Origin: an uncultured Bacilli bacterium
Lineage (GTDB): Bacteria; Bacillota_I; Bacilli_A; RF39; UBA660
DNA length: 30,349 nt
Direction: 5' to 3'
Assembly (NCBI GenBank): GCA_947625315.1
Contig: CANQOE010000001.1
Location: 1-30,349, forward strand
Under the pieces are notes generated by a model, which saw nothing but the letters and a program-made list of their open reading frames with translations, had not been told where the DNA came from and ran no database searches. The position numbers and the translations under genes were made by a program. Of this stretch, positions 8,832 through 15,999 are shown piece after piece; position 1 is the first letter of the stretch, and every line of letters starts with the position of its first letter.

Positions 8832-9419
8832 ATGCAAATAGATGAAGTAGAATTAAAACAAATTGCAGTTCGTACTAGTCAATATCCTACCGATAATTTA
8901 CCTGAATTTTTATTAGTAGGAAGAAGTAATGTTGGTAAGAGTAGTTTTATCAACACTTTAATTAATCGCAAAAACTTTGCTCATACTTCCTCTAAACCGG
9001 GAAAGACGCAAACTTTAAATTTTTATTTAGTAAATAATAAATTTTATTTAGTAGATGTTCCTGGTTATGGTTATGCGCAAGTTAGTCAAGCTAGACAAAA
9101 AAAGTTTGGGGTTATGATTGAAGAATATATTAAAAGTCGACAAGATTTAAAATGGGTATTTTTACTTATTGATTATCGACATAAACCAACGGAAGATGAT
9201 ATTTTAATGTATGAATTTTTAAAATATTATAATTTAAGTGTGCAAGTGATTGCCATGAAATATGATAAAGTGGGAAAAAATAGTCGAGAAAAACAAAATA
9301 AAATTATAAGAGATACTTTAAAATTAAAAGAAAATGAAGATTTTATACCTTTTTCAACTATTTCTAAAAAGGGAAAAGAGGAAGTTTATGACATAATAAT
9401 GGGAGGCTTAAATGATTGA
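8832..9419 (+). CDS. engB: Ribosome biogenesis GTPase YsxC/EngB
   Basis: GRSNVGKSS, SSKPGKTQTLNFY, DVPGYGYA; G4 motif appears as MKYDK. Confidence 0.95.
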   Translation: MQIDEVELKQIAVRTSQYPTDNLPEFLLVGRSNVGKSSFINTLINRKNFAHTSSKPGKTQTLNFYLVNNKFYLVDVPGYGYAQVSQARQKKFGVMIEEYIKSRQDLKWVFLLIDYRHKPTEDDILMYEFLKYYNLSVQVIAMKYDKVGKNSREKQNKIIRDTLKLKENEDFIPFSTISKKGKEEVYDIIMGGLND

Positions 9420-9954
9420 ATTAAATAAAGAAACAAAATTAGTAGATGATTATGTAGTATTTGATTTAGAAACAACAGGATTAAAAGCCTATGAAGCGGA
9501 AATAATTGAAATAGGGGCTTTAAAATATCGAAATAATAAATTAATAGATACTTTTAGTGTTTTAGTTAAACCTAAAAGAAGGATTCCGAATGTAATAACT
9601 CAAATTACGGGAATAAATGAAGAAATGGTTAAAGATAAAGAATCTATTGAAGTAGTTTTACCTAAATTTATCGAGTTTATTGAAGATTTACCAATTGTAG
9701 CTCACAATGCTCCTTTTGATTTATCTTTTATTGAAGAAAATATTAAAAGATTAAATTTAGAAATGCTTAAAAATAAAAATATTGATACTTTGGAATTAGC
9801 TAGAGTTTATATACCTAAAGCTTATAACTATAAATTAGAAACTTTAAAGAAATTTTTTAAATTAGAATATGGTTCTCATCGAAGTGTTGATGATTGCGCC
9901 ACGACTAATTATGTTTATCAATATTGTAAAAATAAAGCGAAAGTAGTTAATTAA
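9412..9954 (+). CDS. DEDDh 3'-5' exonuclease (DNA polymerase III epsilon-like)
   Basis: VFDLETTG, AHNAPFD, HRSVDDC. Confidence 0.9.
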   Translation: MIELNKETKLVDDYVVFDLETTGLKAYEAEIIEIGALKYRNNKLIDTFSVLVKPKRRIPNVITQITGINEEMVKDKESIEVVLPKFIEFIEDLPIVAHNAPFDLSFIEENIKRLNLEMLKNKNIDTLELARVYIPKAYNYKLETLKKFFKLEYGSHRSVDDCATTNYVYQYCKNKAKVVN

Positions 9955-9956
9955 TT

Positions 9957-10658
9957 ATGAAAGTAGTAAAAAAAATAATTATAAGTTTAATTGTTGTTTT
10001 AGGGGTTATAGCTTTTATTTTAGGAAGTTATATAATTTATAAAAATAAAAAAGTTTATGAAGCTCAAGATTTTAAAATTACGCCTATTATAAGTGAGGCA
10101 GATGCTAATAACAATGGCATAGATGATTATACGGAAATAATGCTTGGTGCAAGAGAAGATGCCATAAATCACCCTAAATATGATGGTTCTTATTATAATG
10201 GTGGATATCCCCCTGATGATATTGGAGTCTGTACCGATGTTGTATGGCGAGCTTTTAAAAAAGCGGGTTATGATTTAAAGAAAATGGTTGATGAAGATAT
10301 AGCTAAAAATAATGATACAGTATATAAGTTAGCTAAAATAGATCCTAATATCGATTTTCGCAGAGTAAGAAATTTATATTATTTTTTTGAACGCAATAGC
10401 GAAGTTTTAACAACAGATATAACAAAAATAGAAGAATGGCAACCAGGAGATATTGTTATCTTTGGAGAAAATCATAATCATATAGGTATTATTAGTGATA
10501 AACGCAATAGTAAAGGGATTCCTTATTTAATTCATAATAATAATCAACCTTTTAGAGAAGAAGATGTTTTAGAACGTTATAGCAAAAAGTTTATCGCTGG
10601 TCATTATCGTTTTAATACTAAATATGCGCAAAATTTAGAATATTTTAAGGAGGATTAG
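9957..10658 (+). CDS. DUF1287 (YijF-like) membrane-anchored protein
   Basis: GVCTDVVWRA, IDFRRVRNL, WQPGDIV, HIGI; N-terminal TM anchor. Confidence 0.8.
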   Translation: MKVVKKIIISLIVVLGVIAFILGSYIIYKNKKVYEAQDFKITPIISEADANNNGIDDYTEIMLGAREDAINHPKYDGSYYNGGYPPDDIGVCTDVVWRAFKKAGYDLKKMVDEDIAKNNDTVYKLAKIDPNIDFRRVRNLYYFFERNSEVLTTDITKIEEWQPGDIVIFGENHNHIGIISDKRNSKGIPYLIHNNNQPFREEDVLERYSKKFIAGHYRFNTKYAQNLEYFKED

Positions 10659-10660
10659 GA

Positions 10661-11143
10661 ATGGACGTCGATTTAAATAAGTTATATAATCAACCATTAG
10701 CTGTTGATACCGATATTAATTTTGATAGAAATATTTATCAAAATAAAGAAATTGTCGAATTAAAAAATATGCATGTTAAAGGTTTAATTAAAATAGATAG
10801 TATTGAGCAAGTAAATATTGATTTAAAGTTAACGGGAGAAATGATTTTAAAAGATAGTGTAACTTTAGAAGATGTAAGTAAAGATATTAATATTAATATT
10901 ACGGAACAATATGATATAAATGAAGGAGATTTTCAAGAATATTGGAAAAAAGAACAAAATATACTTGATATTATGAAGATTTTGTGGGAGAATATTGTAT
11001 TGGAAGTTCCAATTAGTTACACCAAAACTAAAAATGTTAGTTTAAGTGGTGATGGTTGGCAATTTACAGATGAAGAAAAAAATGAAGAATGTGATCCGAG
11101 ATTAGCGAAATTAACGCAAATTTTTGATCAGGGAAAGGAGTGA
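10661..11143 (+). CDS. DUF177/YceD family protein
   Basis: ENIVLEVP and DPRLAKL motifs; conserved position upstream of rpmF. Confidence 0.85.
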   Translation: MDVDLNKLYNQPLAVDTDINFDRNIYQNKEIVELKNMHVKGLIKIDSIEQVNIDLKLTGEMILKDSVTLEDVSKDININITEQYDINEGDFQEYWKKEQNILDIMKILWENIVLEVPISYTKTKNVSLSGDGWQFTDEEKNEECDPRLAKLTQIFDQGKE

Positions 11144-11147
11144 AACT

Positions 11148-11333
11148 ATGGCAGTTCCTTTTAGAAGAACAAGCAAAACAAAAAAAAGAATGCGTCGTAC
11201 GCACTTAAAGAAAGAAGCACCTTCTATAACTACATGTCCAAAATGTGGAGCAGCTTTAAAACCTCATAGAGCATGTACTAAATGTGGCTATTATAAAGAT
11301 AGTGAAGTTATTAAAGTTGAAAATGAAGAATAG
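11148..11333 (+). CDS. rpmF: 50S ribosomal protein L32
   Basis: [23 protein letters not shown]...CTKC; GAAAGGAG SD supports ATG 11148 rather than 11124. Confidence 0.97.
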   Translation: MAVPFRRTSKTKKRMRRTHLKKEAPSITTCPKCGAALKPHRACTKCGYYKDSEVIKVENEE

Positions 11334-11355
11334 TTAGATTAATCTAGCTTTTTTT
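11332..11355 (+). terminator. Terminator after rpmF
   Basis: AGTTAGA...TCTAGCT hairpin followed by a T-run. Confidence 0.6.
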
Positions 11356-11367
11356 AATAATATTATC

Positions 11368-11396
11368 TTGATTAAATAGATAATTTATGGTATATT
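11368..11396 (+). promoter_or_regulatory. sigma-A promoter of sRNA A
   Basis: TTGATT-17 nt-TATATT with TG extension; conserved in unit C. Confidence 0.75.
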
Positions 11397-11400
11397 AAAT

Positions 11401-11514
11401 ATGTCAGAGAAATCTGCATAAAATAAAAAAGGATACATTTGAATGTGGAATCAAATGCTTCCCATAATAAGAGGTAGCATCTGAAATCAACAAAGGTTGA
11501 AATCAGATGCTTTT
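11401..11514 (+). ncRNA. Putative antitoxin sRNA A (~112 nt), antisense to the 3' part of the microprotein A mRNA
   Basis: Own promoter; CAGA-GAAA-TCTG hairpin; CATTTGA/TCAAATG stem; terminator AGCATCTGA...TCAGATGCT-TTT; no ORF. Confidence 0.7.
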
Positions 11515-11515
11515 A

Positions 11516-11593
11516 TTATTTATATAGTAAGGTGATTACTATGAAAAATAATAAGAAAATTATAATAAATAGAGATTGTTCTCTTTTTGTCAT
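11516..11593 (-). CDS. 25-aa hydrophobic microprotein MTKREQSLFIIIFLLFFIVITLLYK (putative type I toxin)
   Basis: GAAAGGCGGTGA SD; single TM-like stretch; paralogous to 12090..12167; own promoter. Confidence 0.8.
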   Translation of the reverse strand: MTKREQSLFIIIFLLFFIVITLLYK

Positions 11594-11656
11594 AATATCA
11601 CCGCCTTTCATAAAAGAAAGGGGAAGCATCTGATATTTTCAAATGTATCTATATAC

Positions 11657-11685
11657 ATTATACTAAACTTTTAGCTTATATGCAA
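11657..11685 (-). promoter_or_regulatory. sigma-A promoter of microprotein A
   Basis: TTGCAT-17 nt-TATAAT-GTATA; same architecture in all three units. Confidence 0.8.
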
Positions 11686-11755
11686 GGAAATAATTAATTT
11701 AAAATAAAATACTTGTCAAAAAATTTGGAGAGCACTAAATCTTTGTAAACTGTAT

Positions 11756-11806
11756 TCATAAAAATAGACAGATAGGAAATAAGATTAACAAATCCTTTTT
11801 CTTCAT
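11756..11806 (-). CDS. 16-aa microprotein MKKKDLLILFPICLFL (degenerate or truncated paralog; 23 codons to TAG at 11735 if the TGA is a nonsense mutation)
   Basis: GAAAGGGGG SD, GATATT-ATG context as in unit A, paralogous promoter. Confidence 0.5.
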   Translation of the reverse strand: MKKKDLLILFPICLFL

Positions 11807-11869
11807 AATATCAAGCCCCCTTTCTAAAATGAAAGTTGGCAAGCACTCATATTGTTAAACTTCCTATAC

Positions 11870-11898
11870 ATTATAGTAAACTTTTTAATTGAATGCAA
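11870..11898 (-). promoter_or_regulatory. sigma-A promoter of microprotein B
   Basis: TTGCAT-17 nt-TATAAT-GTATA; spacer contains AAAAGTTTA as in units A and C. Confidence 0.7.
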
Positions 11899-11943
11899 GA
11901 ATAAATAAATGAATTAATCTAGTTTTTTTATGATGTTTTTATC

Positions 11944-11972
11944 TTGCAAAAAATGATAATTTATGATATATT
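11944..11972 (+). promoter_or_regulatory. sigma-A promoter of sRNA C
   Basis: TTGCAA-17 nt-TATATT with TG extension. Confidence 0.75.
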
Positions 11973-11976
11973 AAAT

Positions 11977-12088
11977 ATGTCAGAGAAATCTGCATAAAAT
12001 AAAAAAGGATACATTTGAATGAGCAATCAAATGCTTTCCCAGTTTGGTAAGCATCTGAAATCAACAAAAGTTGAAATCAGATGCTTTT
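11977..12088 (+). ncRNA. Putative antitoxin sRNA C (~112 nt)
   Basis: Same three-hairpin layout as sRNA A; terminator AAGCATCTGA...TCAGATGCTT-TT. Confidence 0.7.
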
Positions 12089-12089
12089 G

Positions 12090-12167
12090 CTATTTTAGAA
12101 GTAAAACGATTACAACTAAGAATAGGAGTAATATTATAATAAATTGAGAAAATTCTCTTTTTGTCAT
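12090..12167 (-). CDS. 25-aa hydrophobic microprotein MTKREFSQFIIILLLFLVVIVLLLK (putative type I toxin)
   Basis: GAAAGGTGGTGG SD before ATG 12167; paralog of 11516..11593. Confidence 0.8.
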   Translation of the reverse strand: MTKREFSQFIIILLLFLVVIVLLLK

Positions 12168-12243
12168 AAATACCACCACCTTTCTTTTATCTTTTGACAA
12201 TTGAAAGGGAAAGCATCTGATATTTTCAAATGTATCTATATAC

Positions 12244-12272
12244 ATTATACTAAACTTTTGACTTATATGCAA
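12244..12272 (-). promoter_or_regulatory. sigma-A promoter of microprotein C
   Basis: TTGCAT-17 nt-TATAAT-GTATA. Confidence 0.8.
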
Positions 12273-12291
12273 GAATAAAGAGGATTATAAA

Positions 12292-12320
12292 TTTACTTTT
12301 TAGATCATTGATGTTATAAT
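12292..12320 (+). promoter_or_regulatory. sigma-A promoter for the 917-aa orphan
   Basis: TTTACT-17 nt-TATAAT with TG extension; AGGAGG SD follows. Confidence 0.6.
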
Positions 12321-12342
12321 AACACCTACAGGAGGTTTTATT

Positions 12343-15096
12343 TTGATGCTTATAAGTTTATTAAAAAAGTTTTTTAAGAGAAATAATAGTTATCAGGGTT
12401 TAGTAACATTTAATCAAAATATTGAAATACCTAAAAGAGAAGATATAACTGACAATAACGAATTAATTTTAATTGAAAAATATAAACAAGACTATAAAAA
12501 TAGATTATCTAAACTTAAGTATTTAACAAGTTTAGATATTAATTCTAAAACTTTAAAGAAAAATATAGAAATGAATATTGAATTATTGTTAAATATTTTT
12601 ATTGATGAAGAGGAAATTAAAAAGATTACATTAGAAGATAAAGTAAATTATTTAGTAAATATTCGAAAGTTAGACTTATACTCATTAACTATTTTAGATT
12701 TAGAAAAAGAAGTAATTACTAGACTAATAGCTTTAAAAGAAATTTATCAAGAGAGAAAAACATATATGATATGGTTTAAAAAAGAGGCAATGGCTAATGA
12801 AATAAATAATTTAACTTTTGCTTTAACAATAATTGGGAATAATAAGTTAGCTATAGAACTAGAAAAGAAAAGATATTTAACTCAAGCTATATATATGGTA
12901 AAAGAAGAAGAAAATGCCAATTTAGAACAAGCAATAAACAAAAAAAGAAGATTTTTACAAAATATTATTAATTATTTAATGACAGATGAAAATATAATTA
13001 TAAGAGAAGACGAAAAACATATTTTAATAGATATGGCAGATGTCGAAAGAAGACTAGAAATATATGCTTATCAACATAAAGGCAATGTTGATAAATTAAA
13101 AGAAGATTTAAAGCTTCTATGGGAAGGAACAATTGATTATTCTAATAAAGAAAATCTTTTAAAGATTATTAAAGATTTAGAAATAAAATATTTGGTGTTT
13201 TATAAATATGGCAAAAAAAATATTGTTTTAGAAGATTTAAAAACATTATATTTAATCAAATTTAATATATTAGTTTTGAGTAATAATGGAATTAGAAAAA
13301 CAATTGTAGATGAAAATACTAACGATATAGAATTAGAGTGTTATAGTAATATAATAATGCGCGAAATTGAAGACTTACTTAAAGGAGAGGGAGAACTTAA
13401 TAGTGAAGAAGCTATAAAAATCATCCTAAATATTCTAAAAAGAAATAAAGATAAAATAATTGCTGAAGATATTTTAACTAATAAATATTTATTTAATATA
13501 TGTTTGGCCATGAAAAGTAAAACAGAATTAATAAATATGTTAAAAAATTTTAAAGTAAAGAGAAAATATTATCAACCACCTAATTTTGGAGATAAATTAT
13601 CATTAATTTGGGAAGATGAATTATCACTCGAAACAATTTATCGAATAGAGTTAGCTTTAAATAATGGTAATGATGTAAAACTATATGAGATATTAAAAGA
13701 TGATATTTATCCTGATGAAGAATATTATTATTTACCTGAAGGTTTAAAAGAAATAAATTATTATCCAGATTTTGTGCCAAAATCTAAAATTGCTTTTTAT
13801 TTTGGTGAAGAGAATGTGATTAAAAAAATTGAAAAGCTAGCAAATAATAAAACCGTAGTATTTCCTAATTCTTTTGTAAAAATAAAAGGTAGTGCCAAAC
13901 TTTTTGTCAAAATTAAAAGCTTGGAAATAAGCAAAAATATTATATTCGATGAACTTAAAGATTTTAAAATATTAGAAAGGACAAAAAACAAAATTGTTTG
14001 TCATTTAAGAAGCACTAATGAAATAATTACTTGCGATAGAGAGGCATTTATTAAAAATAAATGGGGTAATGATGTTGCTTTAGGTCTTTTAAAATTTAAT
14101 CCAGATAAAAATTTATATATAGAACAATATATGAAAAAAACAGATGATAATGAATCGAAAACAAAACTTTTAGAGATAAGTTATGCTGATGTTTCAACTA
14201 AATATGGCGATTTTTGTTTGCATATAGAAAAAAATTATTATGGAAAAAGTTATAAAAGTCCTTATTTAACTTTATCTTTATGTTATGGTCATCATAATGA
14301 AGAAATCTATAAATTAGCAAATAATATTGATTATTCAGATTTTTGCTTATTTCAAACTAGAATAGTACCTTTTGCAGATTGTGAAAGATGGGATTTTGGT
14401 TCTTTTAAAAAACGCTGGTTTAGAGAATTTAGAAGTATCCTTAATCGTGATAGCATTTATAATAATGCAAAATATATAAGTTCGGCACTTTATACTTTCG
14501 AATCAAATGGTAATTATGGAGTAATTTTTATGAATGCAAAAATGAAATTACCTGAAAAATATATATTAACAGCATTATTATTACTTGAGGAATATGCTTA
14601 TGAATATGAAAAAGAAGATTGGGATTCTAAAGCTTATATTGGGAATGGTAATGAGATGCTATTTTTATTAAAAAAAGACAAAAATGTAAGAGTTATTCAT
14701 AAAGAATATATAGATGGAGTTTGGACAAAAAAAGAGTTTGAACCTATTTATGGAGAAAATCTAAAATTTACGAGAAAAGATTTTGAACAAATATTGGTTA
14801 ATATTGAAAATTATTCTTTAAGTGATGATTTAAAAAAGTATGTAATTGATGAATTAAATACATTCTTAAACTTACATAATGAAAATCTTACGGAAATTAA
14901 AAGCATTTTAAAAGGATATGAATATAATGATTTGCTTAATAAATATTTTAAAGGTAATATTGCTTTAAATGTGGAGAGGTTGATAGAAGATATTATGAAT
15001 AATTTTCATATTAGTATAGAAGAGTTAATAGGTAGTAAAGAAAAATTGGAGCAACTAAATAGCTTGCAATTGACGAGAAAGTTGAAAAAAGATTAA
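12343..15096 (+). CDS. Large hypothetical protein (helical N-terminus, possible degenerate BspA-type LRRs, unknown C-terminal domain)
   Basis: 917-aa open frame with SD and promoter; LPEGLKEI and VVFPNSFVKI resemble LRR_5 units. Confidence 0.8.
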   Translation: MMLISLLKKFFKRNNSYQGLVTFNQNIEIPKREDITDNNELILIEKYKQDYKNRLSKLKYLTSLDINSKTLKKNIEMNIELLLNIFIDEEEIKKITLEDKVNYLVNIRKLDLYSLTILDLEKEVITRLIALKEIYQERKTYMIWFKKEAMANEINNLTFALTIIGNNKLAIELEKKRYLTQAIYMVKEEENANLEQAINKKRRFLQNIINYLMTDENIIIREDEKHILIDMADVERRLEIYAYQHKGNVDKLKEDLKLLWEGTIDYSNKENLLKIIKDLEIKYLVFYKYGKKNIVLEDLKTLYLIKFNILVLSNNGIRKTIVDENTNDIELECYSNIIMREIEDLLKGEGELNSEEAIKIILNILKRNKDKIIAEDILTNKYLFNICLAMKSKTELINMLKNFKVKRKYYQPPNFGDKLSLIWEDELSLETIYRIELALNNGNDVKLYEILKDDIYPDEEYYYLPEGLKEINYYPDFVPKSKIAFYFGEENVIKKIEKLANNKTVVFPNSFVKIKGSAKLFVKIKSLEISKNIIFDELKDFKILERTKNKIVCHLRSTNEIITCDREAFIKNKWGNDVALGLLKFNPDKNLYIEQYMKKTDDNESKTKLLEISYADVSTKYGDFCLHIEKNYYGKSYKSPYLTLSLCYGHHNEEIYKLANNIDYSDFCLFQTRIVPFADCERWDFGSFKKRWFREFRSILNRDSIYNNAKYISSALYTFESNGNYGVIFMNAKMKLPEKYILTALLLLEEYAYEYEKEDWDSKAYIGNGNEMLFLLKKDKNVRVIHKEYIDGVWTKKEFEPIYGENLKFTRKDFEQILVNIENYSLSDDLKKYVIDELNTFLNLHNENLTEIKSILKGYEYNDLLNKYFKGNIALNVERLIEDIMNNFHISIEELIGSKEKLEQLNSLQLTRKLKKD

Positions 15097-15103
15097 AAAA
15101 CAC

Positions 15104-15132
15104 TTGCATTTATTTCCTATTTATGGTAGATT
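15104..15132 (+). promoter_or_regulatory. sigma-A promoter for secE-nusG
   Basis: TTGCAT-17 nt-TAGATT with TG extension. Confidence 0.55.
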
Positions 15133-15184
15133 ATAAATGAACACGAAAGTGTTTTTTAAATTAATTAAAAAAGGAGAAAGCGTT

Positions 15185-15436
15185 ATGGCAAAAAATGCGG
15201 AAGCAAAAAAAGAAAAAAAAGTTAAACAAACTAAAAATCTTAAAAAGAAAGAGAAAAAAACGAAAGTAAAAAAAGAAAGTTATATCGCCGGAGTTAAAAG
15301 TGAAATAAGTAAAGTTAAATGGCCTTCTAAACAAGAGGTTTTAAAATATACAATAGCTACAATAGTATTTATGGTAGTTTTAGCAGTATTCTTTGAACTA
15401 CTAACCTTAATTATGGCTATGCTAGGTGGTGCTTAA
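15185..15436 (+). CDS. secE: Preprotein translocase subunit SecE
   Basis: EISKVKWPSKQE motif plus one TM; AAAGGAG SD supports ATG 15185; upstream of nusG. Confidence 0.93.
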   Translation: MAKNAEAKKEKKVKQTKNLKKKEKKTKVKKESYIAGVKSEISKVKWPSKQEVLKYTIATIVFMVVLAVFFELLTLIMAMLGGA

Positions 15437-15969
15437 TGGAAAAAGAATGGTATGTTGTTAGTACTTATTCGGGACATGAAGCTAAAGTTAAAGAAAAACT
15501 AGAAGCTAAAGTTGAATCAATGGGTTTACAAGATTCAATATTTAGAATAATTATTCCCGAAACAACAGAAGTAGAAATTAAAGATGGCGTCAAAAAAGAA
15601 AAAACTAAAAAAATGTTTCCTAGCTATGTTTTAGTAGAAATGATTATGAATGATGAAGTATGGTATATTGTGCGTAATACCCCGGGAGTTACTGGTTTTA
15701 TTGGTTCTTCAGGTAAGGGTGCGAAACCAACTCCTTTACTTCCTCAAGAAATTGATAAAATACTTGCTAATATGGGTATGAGTAGAGTTAATATAGAATC
15801 AGAAATGGCTGTTGGTGATAAAGTTAATATTGTTGATGGTCCATTTAAAGGTATGATGGGTAAAATTGATAATATCGATTTAGAAAATAATCGCTTAAAT
15901 GTTTTAATTGATTTATTTGGTCAAGAAACTCCTGTAGAAGTAGAAGTTTATCAAGTTAGTAAAGCTTAA
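15436..15969 (+). CDS. nusG: Transcription termination/antitermination factor NusG
   Basis: WYVVSTYSGHE, FPSYVLVEM, VRNTPGVTGF, KOW domain GDKVNIVDGPF, LFGQETPVE. Confidence 0.97.
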   Translation: MEKEWYVVSTYSGHEAKVKEKLEAKVESMGLQDSIFRIIIPETTEVEIKDGVKKEKTKKMFPSYVLVEMIMNDEVWYIVRNTPGVTGFIGSSGKGAKPTPLLPQEIDKILANMGMSRVNIESEMAVGDKVNIVDGPFKGMMGKIDNIDLENNRLNVLIDLFGQETPVEVEVYQVSKA

Positions 15970-15999
15970 AAAATTTATCTTAATGATAAGTTTTTTTAT
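15968..15999. terminator. Bidirectional terminator between nusG and the convergent membrane gene
   Basis: AAAAAATTTATC-TTAAT-GATAAGTTTTTTT hairpin. Confidence 0.6.

Larger units (their letters stand above)
11338..11688. repeat. Unit A of a duplicated ~350-bp sRNA/microprotein cassette
   Basis: Long identical blocks shared with 11913-12275, e.g. TATATTAAATATGTCAGAGAAATCTGCATAAAATAAAAAAGGATACATTTGAATG and AGCATCTGATATTTTCAAATGTATCTATATACATTATACTAAACTTTT. Confidence 0.9.
11913..12275. repeat. Unit C of the duplicated sRNA/microprotein cassette
   Basis: Near-identical to 11338-11688 apart from variable loops, linker, peptide codons and a 5'UTR insertion. Confidence 0.9.

Noticed and set aside
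11124-11147. N-terminal extension of L32 in the ORF track
   Set aside because: This segment is the SD region and the end of DUF177; L32 starts at MAVP
11541-11633. Plus-strand 30-aa ORF MKNNKKIIINRDCSLFVIISPPFIKERGSI with an AAGGTGA SD, antisense to microprotein A
   Set aside because: Not conserved in unit C (no ATG), lies downstream of the sRNA terminator and has no promoter; probably a shadow
11432-11649. MITE interpretation of the ~30-bp inverted repeats
   Set aside because: The repeats lie inside the transcribed unit rather than at the duplication boundaries; no target-site duplication or transposase was seen
11735-11806. UGA-as-Trp recoding (code 4) to extend microprotein B
   Set aside because: TGA is a true stop in DUF177 (11141-43) and rlmN (21801-03), and conserved Trp residues use TGG
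11516-12167. Assignment of the peptides to Fst/Ldr or SpoVM
   Set aside because: No APxxxG or Trp motif of Fst; not amphipathic or similar to SpoVM
12090-12272. 60-aa version of the ORF (MHISQK...) from the ORF track
   Set aside because: Its ATG lies inside the -35 box of the conserved promoter and has no SD; the paralog and the SD support ATG 12167
11338-12278. CRISPR array or tracrRNA interpretation of the repeats
   Set aside because: Only two long copies with internal promoters and ORFs, no regular repeat-spacer period and no cas genes
13580-13991. Two minus-strand ORFs of 66 and 64 aa
   Set aside because: Shadows inside the 917-aa ORF with no recognisable family
15137-15184. Upstream start for secE
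   Set aside because: No SD and it is adjacent to the -10 box; AAAGGAG supports 15185
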